DNA from: Octopus sinensis
Lineage: Eukaryota
Length of the DNA: 64,000 nucleotides
NCBI RefSeq assembly: GCF_006345805.1
Contig: NC_043021.1
Coordinates: forward strand, 4,836,001-4,900,000
Direction: 5' to 3'
Each line of letters opens with the position of its first letter. Within the stretch, counting starts at the first letter, position 1. The position numbers were made by a program, and so were the translations under genes. Under the pieces are notes generated by a model. The model was given only the letters and a program-made list of their open reading frames with translations, did not search any database and had not been told where the DNA came from. This document shows, one piece after another, positions 1-12,912 of this stretch.

Positions 1-189
1 AGCTCTGCTCTCAGAGCATTCAGCTCTGCTGCTGGCTTGGTCACCTAGATAATGGAAGCTATCAACTCCTTCTAGCTTATGCCCCTAGCATTTGATAGGG
101 TCTATTTTCTGTACCTTTTTAGTGTTTATTGTACTTATGCACCTTCCTCACACAAAAATTATTTTCCCAAATAGAAAACTATTTTCCAC

Positions 190-1075
190 ACAAAAACTAT
201 TTTCCTTCCTCTAATATTGCTGCACCTTTTATGTGTCCATAGCCTGCCCTGGGTACATCTCATGGAATTTCTACATATGCCTTTCCAACAGATCGAGCTG
301 GGCCATCTACCTGAAGGGATTTGTGATTTGTCTGCTTTCCTACTTTCTAAGACTTTCGTTTTTGCTAGGTTAACTCTATGGTACTTCAATTCTAGACCTT
401 CTTTCTACACTTGAAATTTCTTCTCTAGTTCTGGTAGTGCTCCAGCTATAAGAACAAGGTCATCAGCACAGAGGAGCTCCCAGGGGCAGCCCATCTTAAA
501 TTCCTGTTGTTGCCTGGAGGACTGTGATGGACAGGAGGGGGCTGAGGACTGATACTTGGTGAACTCCTACTTGTATCCTGAATTCATCACCATACTTGTT
601 GCGAACCCTCACCTTACTGACTGCATCCCTGTACATGGCTTGTACAGCTCTCAGTAACAATTCATCTATCCCTAGTTTCTGCACTGACCACCAGTTATGG
701 GATCGGGAGACCCTGTCAAAAGCTTTCTCCATGTCAACAAAAGCCAAGTAAAGAAGTTTATCTTTGGCTAGGTACTTCTACTGCAGCTGTCTTACCAGAA
801 ATATAACATCAGTGGTGCTTCTCCCTGGCACAAAACCAAACTGCATCTCATCTAGACTAACCCTGTCCCTAATTAGTTGAACTATGACCTTCTCTGTGAC
901 TTTCATCACCTGATCCAACAATTTGATACCTCTGAAATTATTTCTATCTAAGGTGTCCTCTTTACCTTTGTAGCAGTTGACTATGGTACTGCTACACCAG
1001 TGATTGGGTATGACTCCTTTGTGTACCACCTGATTAACTATACAGGTGACTAGGCCATAACCCACACTGCCAGAT
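190..1075 (-). mobile_element. RTE-like LINE reverse transcriptase remnant
   Basis: Minus-strand ORFs contain QFGFVPGRSTTD, FVDMEKAFDRV and GVHQVSVLSPLL, plus an ADD-like motif near 460. Frameshifted. Confidence 0.85.
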
Positions 1076-1499
1076 ATATACACATGCATTAGTTGCATGT
1101 ATATAAATATCCATATACACACATTCTTGCATGCTTATTATTTATCTCACACCTTTGCCTATTTTTTCTTAAAATGTTGGTTTTACTCTGCATATATGTG
1201 TGCATATATACATATACATATGTATATGTGAATGTGAGTGCGTGAAATTGCAATTAATATTCACACCTGTTATCACTCTAATCAATTTGTTCCACCGCAT
1301 CTATTACTTACCTTCTTTATATTCAATTAACAACATCAGCTGTAGCAACTACAAGATGACAAAGAAAACTCTACATGGTTATTTGACCTTCTAGATGTAG
1401 CAACTAAATTTCTCTCAGATCACAGCCCTTCCATCATAAAAATGAAAAGGACACATTGTATACTATATCTAACAAAAGCTATCTACTAATAATCCCCTT

Positions 1500-2045
1500 A
1501 AGCATTTGAAACAGTCTATTGTCTGCCTTTAGATTCCAGACCTTTCTTCCACATCTGAAATTTCTTCTCTAGGTCAGGTAGTGATTCAGCTATAAGAACA
1601 AGGTCATCAGTGTAGAGTTGTTCCTAAAGACAGCAGGTCAGGAATGAGATTTTCTTGGATGTCTGGGGTGGGAGGATCCTTAGAAGTAGTAGATAGCTTT
1701 TATTACCTTATTAACCAAGTTAGCTGTTGAGGAAGATGCTCTGAAACTGTTGTTGCCAGAATAAGAATGGGCTGGGTAAAGTTCAGAGAGCTTCTAGCTT
1801 TGTTGGTAACAAAGGCCCTCTCCCTCAGAGTGGAAGGAGATTGTGTAATGCCTGTGTGTGGACAGTCATGCTATATGGCTATGAAACATGGGCTGTGGCT
1901 GCAGAGGGTATGCAAAAGTTTGAAAGAAATGAAACCAGCATGTCCCACTGGATGTGCAGTGACAGTGTGCACGTACGACAGAGTGTAAATGTTGTAAGAG
2001 AAAAACTGGATATAAGAGGCATCAGATGTTGTGTGCAAGATCTTG
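1500..2045. mobile_element. RTE-like LINE fragments in opposite orientations (1500-1680 minus, 1690-2045 plus)
   Basis: Plus strand reads RIRMGWVKFRELL and MLYGYETWAV. The minus part is homologous to 370-500. Confidence 0.75.
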
Positions 2046-2371
2046 GGACCATACACATAGGAATAGAGGGATGTTCATAGTTGGAATGCCTTTGATTATA
2101 GAGTCCATTAGTCAGGGATAAACTTGGGCTATACAACCAAAACAACACACATTCATTCTTATGAATGTGTGCATATATACATACACATATGTATATGTGT
2201 ATGTGAATGTGAGTGCGTGAAATTGCAATTAATAGTGACACCTGTTATGATGCATATAGCTGAGGATCACAGCATAAAGAAGTGCTGATCTCTAACAGTG
2301 GAGGAGGCAGACCCAGGAAAATGTGAGATGAAGTGGTGAAAAATGATCTTCAGATCTCTTTCCCTTTCTTT

Positions 2372-2770
2372 TTTACTTGTTTCAGTCATTTGACTGCGGC
2401 CATGCTGGAGCACCGCCTTCCAGTTGAGCAAATTGACCCCAGGACTTATTCTTTGTAAGCCTAGTACTTATTCTATATCGGTCTCTTTTGCCGAACCGCT
2501 AAGTTACGGGGACATAAACACACCAGCATCGGTTGTCAAGCAATGGTGGGGGTACAAACACAGACACACAAACATATACACACACACACATATATATACA
2601 TATTTACGACAGGCTTCTTCCAGTTTCCGTCTACCAAATCCACTCACAAGGCTTTGGTCGGCCCGAGGCTACAGTAGAAGACACTTGCCCAAGGTTCCAT
2701 GCAGTGGGACTGAAACCGGAACTGTGTGGTTGGTAAGCAAGCTACTTACCACACAGCCACTCCTGCGCCT
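2372..2770 (-). mobile_element. SINE family A (tRNA-like head, central microsatellite, (taaaagag)n tail)
   Basis: Minus strand starts ggcgcaggagtggctgtgtggtaag...gggttcagtccc (A/B-box-like). Many near-identical copies: 2992-3403(-), 6035-6320(+), 7835-8160(-), 9735-10145(+), 10415-10822(-), 11407-11815(+), 12087-12512(-), 22245-22580(+), 25740-26140(-), 37975-38378(-), 38462-38899(-), 46800-47212(+), 54963-55362(+), plus diverged partial copies. Confidence 0.92.
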
Positions 2771-3639
2771 TCACCGATGTTGAGCTTCACCGAAGAGATG
2801 ACAAGGGACTGAGACTTCTGGTGATTTGTTGTACTTGAGAAGACATGTCATGCTAAGAAAAATCGTGGCTATCCATGCATAAAAGCACCCCCTTTACAGC
2901 CTTGCTCCTTTCCACACACACAAAAGTATCCCACAACTTATCTTCCCAAAACACTGTGTGTTTGTATTTCTCTACATACCTGGAAGTAACTCTCTTTTAC
3001 TCTTTACTCTTTTACTTGTTTCAGTCATTTGACTGCGGCCATGCTAGAGCACTGCCTTTAATCGAGCAACTCGGCCCCGGGACTTATTCTTTTGTAAGCC
3101 CAGTACTTATTCTATCGGTCTCTTTTGCCGAACCGCTAAGTAACGGGGACGTAAACACACCAGCATCGGTTGTCAAGCAATGCTAGGGGGACAAACACAC
3201 ACACACAAACACACACACACACACATATATATACATATTTACGACGGGCTTCTTCCAGTTTCCGTCTACCAAATCCACTCACAAGGCTTTGGTCGGCCCG
3301 AGGTCATAGTAGAAGACACTTGCCCAAGGTGCCACGCAGTGGGACTGAACCCGGAACCATGTGGTTGGTAAGCAAGCTACTTACCACACAGCCACTCCTG
3401 CGCCTTCACCGATGTTGAGCTTCACCGAAGAGATGACAAGGGACTGAGACTTCTGGTGATTTGTTGTACTTGAGAAGACATGTCATGCTAAGAAAAATCG
3501 TGGCTACCCGTACATAAAAGCATCCCCTTTACAGCCTTGCTCCTTTCCACACACACAAAAGTACCCCACAACTTATCTTCCCAAAACACTGTGTGTTTGT
3601 ATTTCTTTATATAACCGGAAATAACAGAAGTATTATTTT

Positions 3640-4085
3640 ACCAATTGTGAGCATGTATATATGATATAACGAAGGAAATTGTTGTATACAGTGCTCAGGT
3701 GCACTACAACTAAAAACAAAAAACAAAAGCCATCAGGTGTACTGTTGGGGGATTTCAGGAAGCATGGGAAGTTTTGAAGGATGCAGTGTCTTAACAGCCA
3801 ACAACTGATGCTGGTAGTTTATTTCACGCTTCAGCAATTCTGAGTGTGAAAAAGTGTTTCTGAAAGTGCTGGGTGCTGTGTTGTTTTATGATTTTATAAG
3901 CATGTCTGTGAGTGTTTCTCATATGGAATTTAAAAAGGTGCGCAAGATTGTTGTTGGAAAGATGGTGGATAATCTTGTTTATAATAAACTTTATTTTACA
4001 TGTCTTGCCCACAAGAGATTATGTCTGATCTTTAGCATACTTCTGTATGTCTTCTCAAACCATGATCACAGGAAAAGTTGTTGAT
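3640..4085 (-). mobile_element. CR1-like LINE 3' end
   Basis: Minus strand reads HMRNTHRHAYKIIKQHSTQHFQKHFFTLRIAEA. Homologous to 44095-44510. Confidence 0.75.
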
Positions 4086-4263
4086 AAGAATTATCAACAA
4101 AACCAAAAGCTGATTAATATGCACAAGTGTTGCAAATTAAGTTTAATTACCAATAAACATCAGCTTGGACGACACTTTGCTCAACTGAGTAAAATATGTA
4201 AAATATGGCCTGGACTGTGATTACTAGCATGTACATCAGACTTCAAAAAGTAGTTAACCATTT

Positions 4264-4489
4264 AACCCTTTTGATACCAACCTGGCCAAAACCGCCTCTG
4301 GCTCTGTAGTACAAATGTCTTATTTTCATAAGTTTTGAATTAAAATCTTCCACCAAACCTTAGTCACAATTTATGTTCCTAACACTAGCTTAATGATAAC
4401 TTAGTTATTTAACTAAATTCTTTGTTATATTTAAAATTAATTGAAAGAAACACAGAGCATCTCAAAATAAATACGGTAATGAAAGGGTT
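4264..4489. mobile_element. piggyBac-like MITE family 1 (second copy 26613-26833)
   Basis: ttaa-CCCTTT...AAAGGG-ttaa termini (intact TTAA flanks at 26609 and 26837). The two copies are highly similar over ~225 bp. Confidence 0.75.
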
Positions 4490-4699
4490 TATGGTTTTAG
4501 TAAATTTATAGAGAAAAAGTAAGCATTATATCGTCCAGCATAAATCATATTTCAACTTCATTATATTTAAGCTCATTAAATGAGTCAACTTCCAGTATGA
4601 ATATTTATATTTTGTACGTCTTTTTCCAACAAAAAATATTTCTAAAAATATTCTGGAAACGATCAACTCACGTAATTTACGCACCCCATAAAGTCTATT

Positions 4700-5440
4700 T
4701 TTATTTTTGCAAAACAAAGGGCATAAGTTACATGGGTTTTTATGGTAGTCTTGATGATGAAATAAATCTTAGAATATTTAAGGCTACAAATACTTTTGAA
4801 AAACTTTCTCATCGCTCATGGGATGAACATGGTGACAGTCTGAAAACTAAAATAAATCTTGTATTTTGAGCACACTTTTGTATACAAATCTTGTATTTTG
4901 AGCACACTTTTGTATACAAATCTTGTATTTTGAGCACACTTTTGTATACAAATCTTGTATTTTGAGCACACTTTTGTATACAAATCTTGTATTTTGAGCA
5001 CACTTTTGTATACAAATCTTGTATTTTGAGCACACTTTTGTATACAAATCTTGTATTTTGAGTACACTTTTGCATGGGGCATAAGCATAGACTCCCTACT
5101 ATAGACATGTAAAGAAACTTGAAACCTTTCACATGTGCTGTCTGTGCAATATCTGTATCAGAAAAATGGCAAAATTTTGGAAAAATCAACTGTCAAAATT
5201 TTAGGAAAATGTGATATTTCCAATATCAAAAGCATACTGCTGAGAATTCAGTGAGGATGGGTAGGACACGTTGTTCAAATGAAAGCTGACTGCATTCTAA
5301 AAAATTCTTTTGTATGGCCAACAAGTAGAGGGACACTGTGGTAAAGGAAGACCTGTCCTTAGGTACAAGGATAACTTGAAGCAATCACTAAAGTCTCTAC
5401 AGCTTAATTTGACACCTTGGAATTTCATTGCCTTGATTGA
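4700..5440 (+). mobile_element. Decayed RTE/BovB-like LINE 3' region
   Basis: Reads GSLDDEINLRIFKATNTFEKL, then KKLETFH, then YGQQVEGHCGKGRPVLRYKDNLKQSLK. Confidence 0.8.
4854..5072. repeat. 32-bp minisatellite, about 6.7 copies
   Basis: Unit ttgtattttgagcacacttttgtatacaaatc starts at 4859, 4891, 4923, 4955, 4987, 5019 and (partial) 5051. Confidence 0.97.
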
Positions 5441-5443
5441 TCT

Positions 5444-5822
5444 GCATGGTGTTGAGAGGCGGTTGGATGGAACCTACACTCGCCTCCTTATGAGAGCTCA
5501 AAATCTCTCGTGGAGGCGCCATCCAACCAAAATGCAAATATATGGGAAACTACCACCTGTGACATCTCTTGTGAAAGGTAGGAGAGTCCAGTTTGCTGGA
5601 CATTGTTGTAGAGCTGAAAAAGAGGTAATTTCTACTCTTCTCCTCTGGAAGCCATCTCCTCGCAATCCCAGAGGGCGCACACTCTCTCCTACCCAGATGT
5701 AATCTCCAGGGATACAGGCATCCGGCAACAGGACCTCCGTAATGCCATGATGGACCGTGAAGTCTGGCGTAGCATGGTAAATTCCATTGTCTCGACCACG
5801 GTCGAACAATGATGACGATGTA
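5444..5822 (+). mobile_element. 5'-truncated RTE LINE 3' end with (tga)n tail; second copy 17126-17536 on minus
   Basis: RLDGTYTRLLMRAQNLSW...RRVQFAGHCCRAE...DREVWRSMV. The two copies are highly similar. Confidence 0.88.
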
Positions 5823-5975
5823 GAATGTATCATGATGCATCAAAACAAATGAAAGAAACAGAACAAAAAATGAATTATATAAAATCCTTTGCGTCCTGTT
5901 TTTCTTTTGATACATATATCCTATCACCTATACAGGTGCTTACATTTATCAAGTATTTACCCTGAATTTATTGTA

Positions 5976-6043
<68 letters not shown>

Positions 6044-6146
6044 TCCCACTGCGTGGCATCTTGGGCAAGTGTCTTCTACTGTAGCCTCGCGCCGACCAAA
6101 TCCTTGTAAGCGGATTCGGTTAACGGAAACTGAAAGAAGCCCGTCG

Positions 6147-6181
<35 letters not shown>

Positions 6182-6539
6182 AAGTGTGTGTGTGTGTGTG
6201 TCTGTGTTTGTCTCCCTAACATTACTCGACAACCGATGCTGGTGCGTTTACGTCCTCGTAAACTAGCGGTTCGGCAAAGGAGACCGATAGAATAAGTACT
6301 AGGTTTACAAAGAATAACAGACACACTTGCCCAACCCCAGGCAAAATCAAAATCATCAGTGTCCTCATTGTAACTTCATAGCAAAATCCATCACTGAACT
6401 CAAATTACACTCATACATCCATTGCAAATAGATGCAACTTCCTTTGTTCTGTTATTTTTAAAGTTGGTCTTTCTTTTTCTCACTTATTTTAAAAAATTTA
6501 TTTATTCATTTTTTTAAAAAATCCTCTCCTTCAAACACT

Positions 6540-6900
6540 CATCATCATCATCGTTTAGCGTCTGCTTTCCATGCTGGCATGAGTTGGACGGTGCAACTGG
6601 GGTCTGGGAAGCCAGAAGGCTGCACCAGGCCCAGTCTGATCTGGCAATGTTTCTATGGCTGGATGCCCTTCCTAACGCCAACCACTCTGTGAGTGTAGTG
6701 GGTGCTTTTTACGTGCCAGGCGGGGCTGGCAAACAGCCACGATCGGATGGTGCTTTTTACATGCCACCGGCACGGAGGCCATGCGAGACTGGCAATAGCC
6801 ACAGACGGACGGTGCGTTTTACTTGCCACTGGCATGGAGGCAGTTGGGGTGGTACTACCAATGGCCACATTCGGATGGTTCTCTTATGTGCCAAAAATGA
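6540..6900 (-). mobile_element. SINE-like family C (internal ~62-bp VNTR, ggcgttaggaagggcatcc core, (tga)n tail)
   Basis: Other copies: 24855-25300(+), 33345-33655(+), 41085-41480(+), 42330-42775(+), 44757-45230(-), 47620-48250(+), 58540-58705(+). Confidence 0.85.
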
Positions 6901-7095
6901 TGGGAGTGACCATCATTATTATTATTATTATTATTATTAAGATGATAAGCTGGCAGAATTGTTAGCGTACCAGACAAAATACTGAGCAGTATTCTGTCCA
7001 TTTTTTACGTTCCAAGTTCAAATTATGCGTTTCCTCCTTTTGGAGTCAATAAAATAAGTACTAGTTGAACACTGAGGTCAATGTAATCGACTACC

Positions 7096-7328
7096 TATTT
7101 CTTTACTACCCACAAGGGGCTAAACACAGAGGGGACAAAGAAGGACAGACAAACGGATTAAGTTGATTACTTCAACCCCAGTGCGTAACTGGTACTTAAT
7201 TTATCGACCCCGAAAGGATGAAAGGCAAAGTCAACCTTGGCGGAATTTGAACTCAGAACGTAATGGCAGACAAAATACCGCTAAGCATTTCGCCCGGCAT
7301 GCTAACGTTTCTGCCAGCTCGCCGCCTT
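7096..7328 (-). mobile_element. SINE family B (ggcggcgagctggcagaa head), with 19-bp TSD
   Basis: TSD gtcaatgtaatcgactacc at 7077-7095 and 7329-7347. Other copies: 31385-31615(-, TSD ttccctgcactacc), 32441-32850(-), 37415-37635(+), 61721-61861(-), 61875-62113(+), and diverged copies near 6945, 7410, 7625, 40490, 40695 and 55815. Confidence 0.9.
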
Positions 7329-8834
7329 GTCAATGTAATCGACTACCATCTCTCTTCCCCCAAACTTCAAGCCTTGTGCCTATAATAGAAAGGATTGTTG
7401 TTGTTATTAAGGTGATGAGTGGACAGAAACATTAAGCATACTGGACAAAAATGCTCAGTGGCATTTCTTCTGGCTTTATGTTCTGTGTACAAGTTTGGCC
7501 AAGACCAACTCCATCTTTTGTCCTTTTTTGGGTTAATAAAATAACTACCAGTTGAGCACTGAAGTTAAGGTAGTCAACTTCCCTTCCTCTCAAAATTGCT
7601 GGCCTTGTGCCAAATTGAGGAAGAACAAGGTGGCAAGTCTACAGAATCATGAGCACACTGAACAAAATGCTTTGTGGCATGACTTCTGCCTCTTCACATT
7701 CTGATGTCAAATGCTGCCGAGGTCAGCTTTGCCTTTCATCTTTTCGGGGGTCAATAAAATAAGTCCTGGTTGAGCACTGGGGTCACTGCGGTCAACAAGC
7801 CCTTCCCCTATAAATTTCAGGCCTTTCCTCTTTTTCTCTTTTACTCTTTTACTGTTTCAGTCATTTGACTGCGGCCATGCTGGAGCACCGCCTTTAGTCG
7901 AGCAAATCGACCCCGGGACTTATTCTTTGTAAGCCCAGTACTTATTCTATCGGTCTCTTTTGCCAAACCACTAAGTAACGGTGACGTAAACACACCAGCA
8001 TCGGTTGTGAAGCAATGCTAGGGGGACAAACACATACACACATATATATATATATATATACATATATACGATGGGCTTCTTTCAGTTTCCGTCTACCAAA
8101 TCTACTCACAAGGCTTTGGTTGGCCCGAGGCTATAGTAGAAGACACTTGCCCAAGATGCCACGAATGAAGATATTAAGCTGTAACAATGATGTAACTACT
8201 TAATCTAAGGTCAAAACTTAAAAATTTGTTGTAAGATTTATTAATAACAATTTTGTTGCTTCTGGACCTCTGGTCCACTCAGCCTGTTTGTTGGGTGAAC
8301 CTGCCTCCAAACAATACAAAAATCATCATTGGTATTTTTTGGTGTTGTGGATCTGATTCCATTGAATTTATCTATCTGTTCTTAGAGGCTGTTATAAGCT
8401 AACCCTGAAATCGGTCCGATATGGTAATAATGGAATTTTTTAGAAATTTCTGTCGACCTTTTTTCGAGTAGCGTGCGGATTGTGAAAAAATTAATGGTTA
8501 ATGGACAATATGTCCAATTTTTCGGCATATTTGGCATTAGAAATTTTTTCGTTTGCCCTTATTTAGGAATTGTTCTTAGAGGACTGTATTAACCTGTTTT
8601 CGACCTAAGGAACCATAATAACGAAGACATGAAAATCTTGGACCCAGGTGTGCTTGCTTCTCTTAATGCTTCCTTCGGTCAGCCTCCTATTTACTGTTAC
8701 TTTCAAAGAGATCATACTTGTGGCATTTTCCAAATGAAGGCCGGCTATACCAGTCACTGACAGGAAAACCTTAAATAGCATAATGATATAACAAAAATGT
8801 AGTATTTAATCTTTTACAGACTTATATTTGGAAG

Positions 8835-9212
8835 CACTCCGTCGGTTACGACGACGAGGGTTCCGGTTGATTCGATCAACGGAACAGCCTGCTCGTGAAA
8901 TTAACGTGTAAGTGGCTGAGCACTCCACAGACACGTGTACCCTTAACGTAAGTTCTCGGGGATATTCAGCGTGACACAGAGAGTGACAAGGCCGGCCCTT
9001 TGAAATACAGGTACAACAGAAACAGGAAGTAAGAGTGAGAGAAAGTTGTGGTGAAAGAGTACAGCAGGGATCACCACCATCCCTGCCGGAGCCTCGTGGA
9101 GCTTTAGATGTTTTCGCTCAATAAACACTCACAACGCCCGGCCTGGGAATCGAAACCGTGATCCTACGACCGCGAGTCTGCTGCCCTAACCACTGGGCCA
9201 TTGCGCTTCCAC
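8835..9212 (-). mobile_element. SINE family D (tRNA-like head); related modular copies 15673-15975 and 52815-53135
   Basis: Minus strand gtggaagcgcaatggcccagtggttagggcag...ggtttcgattcccagg is tRNA-like. The head is shared with 15673-15975 and the tail with 52815-53135. Confidence 0.85.
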
Positions 9213-9567
9213 ACAGACTTGTATACTATATCTTTGGATTTAGACCCTCTGTGACTGCCTATAACTGTTGTTGAATCTTATTAAACAAGTCCAACAATAG
9301 AATTAAATAAGGAATCCGTGGGCGTTTGGGATTGGTTGATGAAAACTGGTTGGGAGTACTTACATATCACTTACTGACATCATTAAAACTTGATGTCATT
9401 TAGCTGCCAATCAGTCACATGCTAATGAGGGGGGTGGCAGGTCAGAGGAGAACCATTGGTTTGTTTTTATGTCAAACATTTAAAGCAGGTTTAAATAGTG
9501 ACAGATAAGCAGACACATATTCCTTCACGCATGCATTGTCTATCATACACACTTTCACTGGCACACA

Positions 9568-12500
9568 CAAACACACATACAACACACACACATACACACA
9601 CACACACACATACACATAGAGGTACACACCCTGTCTCCTATAATTTCTTGTTTCATTATATTGTGAGACAATTAGTTTATTTGGCAAATGAAGCAAAAAT
9701 TAATAAAGTAAAATATGAAAAGAAATAAACATACCGGCACAGGAGTGGCTGTGTGGTAAGTAGCTTGCTAACCAACCACATGGTTCCGGGTTCAGTCCCA
9801 CTGCGTGGCATCTTGGGCAAGTGTTTTCTGCTATAGCCCCGGGCCGACCAATGCCTTGTGAGTGGATTTGGTAGACGGAAACTGAAAGAAGCCCGTTGTA
9901 TATATGTATATATATGTATGTATGTGTGTGTGTGTTTGTGTGTCTGTGTTTGTCCCCCTAGCATTGCTTGACAATCGATGCCGGTGTTTACGTCCCCGTC
10001 ATGTAGCGGTTCGGCAAAAGAGACCGATAGAATATGTACTGGGCTTACAAAAGAATAAGTCCCAGGGTCGAGTTGCTCGACTAAAGGCGGTGCTCCAGCA
10101 TGGCCGCAGTCAAATGACTGAAACAAGTAAAAGAGAAAAGAGAAATACCCTCTGAATCGCTACTGATATATCTTTAGTCATTATTCATAATAAACCTCAG
10201 TTTGATCCCCAATGACTAATGTACTTTAGATTAAATAAAAGATAGAATGGACAGAAACAGAATTTGATACTTATCTCTCTCTCTCTCTCTCCCTTTGTTT
10301 TAATTCAGAGAACCTCAGTGTGATTGCTTGTCATGCTAAGAGCAGCGGCCAAATATTCCTCAAATCACCTCCGACTGTCTTAAAAGAAAGAGAACATATT
10401 AAATAATGTAGTTTCTCTTTTACTCTTTTACTTGTTTCAGTCATTTGACTGCGGCCATGCTGGAGCACCGCCTTTAGTCGAGCAACTCAACCCCGGGACT
10501 TACTCTTTGTAAGCCCAGTACTTATTCTATCAGTCTCTTTTGCCGAACCGCTAAGTGACGGTGACGTAAACACACCAGCATCGGTTGTCAAGCAATGCTA
10601 GGGGGACAAACACAGACACATAAACACACATACATATATATATACACATACATATATACGACAGGCTTCTTTCAGTTTCTGTCTACCAAATCCACTCACA
10701 TGGCATTGGTCGGCCCGGGGCTATAGTAGAAGACACTTGCCCAAGATGCCATGCAGTGGGACTGAACCCGGAACCATGTGGTTGGTTAGCAAGCTACTTA
10801 CCACACAGCCACTCCTGCACCTAGTTTAGACAAGAAGTGCTATTAAGTTGGACCAGAGATGGGAAACAGGTAGCCTTCTGAAGTATTAAGAGTATTTCTT
10901 CTGAAAGAAGCACAATGTTTGAGGGAAAAATCATAATACTGAAATACATTTTTGTTGATTTAATCTTATTTAAAACCTAACTTTTCAATTGTCTGTAAAT
11001 TTTAGGAACACCTATTTATATTCCTTTAAAGCACACTTTTCAACCATGTGATTTTGGATTTGGTGCCACTGCACAGCACCTTGACCTTAAAGAACAACCG
11101 ATTATGATAAAGCAATGATATAACAAAAGAGATATTTAATTACATCAGTTTCTTTTTTCTGTATAGAAAACTGATTATGATACAAAACAAAACTTCTAAT
11201 CAATGAATCCATGCTTACAGAACACACACACACACACACACAACACACATACAACACACACACATACACACACACACACACATACACATAGAGGTACACA
11301 CCCTGTCTCCTATAATTTCTTGTTTCATTATATTGTGAGACAATTAGTTTATTTGGCAAATGAAGCAAAAATTAATAAAGTAAAATATGAAAAGAAATAA
11401 ACATACCGGCACAGGAGTGGCTGTGTGGTAAGTAGCTTGCTAACCAACCACATGGTTCCGGGTTCAGTCCCACTGCGTGGCATCTTGGGCAAGTGTTTTC
11501 TGCTATAGCCCCGGGCCGACCAATGCCTTGTGAGTGGATTTGGTAGACGGAAACTGAAAGAAGCCCGTTGTATATATGTATATATATGTATGTATGTGTG
11601 TGTGTGTTTGTGTGTCTGTGTTTGTCCCCCTAGCATTGCTTGACAATCGATGCCGGTGTGTTTACGTCCCCGTCATGTAGCGGTTCGGCAAAAGAGACCG
11701 ATAGAATATGTACTGGGCTTACAAAAGAATAAGTCCCAGGGTCGAGTTGCTCGACTAAAGGCGGTGCTCCAGCATGGCCGCAGTCAAATGACTGAAACAA
11801 GTAAAAGAGAAAAGAGAAATACCCTCTGAATCGCTACTGATATATCTTTAGTCATTATTCATAATAAACCTCAGTTTGATCCCCAATGACTAATGTACTT
11901 TAGATTAAATAAAAGATAGAATGGACAGAAACAGAATTTGATACTTATCTCTCTCTCTCTCTCTCCCTTTGTTTTAATTCAGAGAACCTCAGTGTGATTG
12001 CTTGTCATGCTAAGAGCAGCGGCCAAATATTCCTCAAATCACCTCCGACTGTCTTAAAAGAAAGAGAACATATTAAATAATGTAGTTTCTCTTTTACTCT
12101 TTTACTTGTTTCAGTCATTTGACTGCGGCCATGCTGGAGCACCGCCTTTAGTCGAGCAACTCAACCCCGGGACTTACTCTTTGTAAGCCCAGTACTTATT
12201 CTATCAGTCTCTTTTGCCGAACCGCTAAGTGACGGTGACGTAAACACACCAGCATCGGTTGTCAAGCAATGCTAGGGGGACAAACACAGACACATAAACA
12301 CACATACATATATATATACACATACATATATATATACACATACATATATACGACAGGCTTCTTTCAGTTTCTGTCTACCAAATCCACTCACATGGCATTG
12401 GTCGGCCCGGGGCTATAGTAGAAGACACTTGCCCAAGATGCCATGCAGTGGGACTGAACCCGGAACCATGTGGTTGGTTAGCAAGCTACTTACCACACAG

Positions 12501-12912
12501 CCACTCCTGCACCTAGTTTAGACAAGAAGTGCTATTAAGTTGGACCAGAGATGGGAAACAGGTAGCCTTCTGAAGTATTAAGAGTATTTCTTCTGAAAGA
12601 AGCACAATGTTTGAGGGAAAAATCATAATACTGAAATACATTTTTGTTGATTTAATCTTATTTAAAACCTAACTTTTCAATTGTCTGTAAATTTTAGGAA
12701 CACCTATTTATATTCCTTTAAAGCACACTTTTCAACCATGTGATTTTGGATTTTGTGTCACTGCACAGCACCTTGACCTTAAAGAACAACCGATTATGAT
12801 AAAGCAATGATATAACAAAAGAGATATTTAATTACATCAGTTTCTTTTTTCTGTATAGAAAACTGATTATGATACAAAACAAAACTTCTAATCAATGAAT
12901 CCATGCTTACAG

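Noticed and set aside
4854-5072. CRISPR-like appearance of the 32-, 49-, 62- and 94-bp arrays
   Set aside because: The units are contiguous with no unique spacers, there are no cas genes, and the context is eukaryotic.
8377-8582. 12-bp direct repeat tgttcttagagg flanking about 180 bp
   Set aside because: There is no tail, TIR or second copy of the enclosed sequence, so it is insufficient to call an insertion.
9735-9810. tRNA-like sequences at the SINE A, B and D heads
   Set aside because: They continue directly into multicopy SINE bodies and do not form complete cloverleaves, so they are not tRNA genes.
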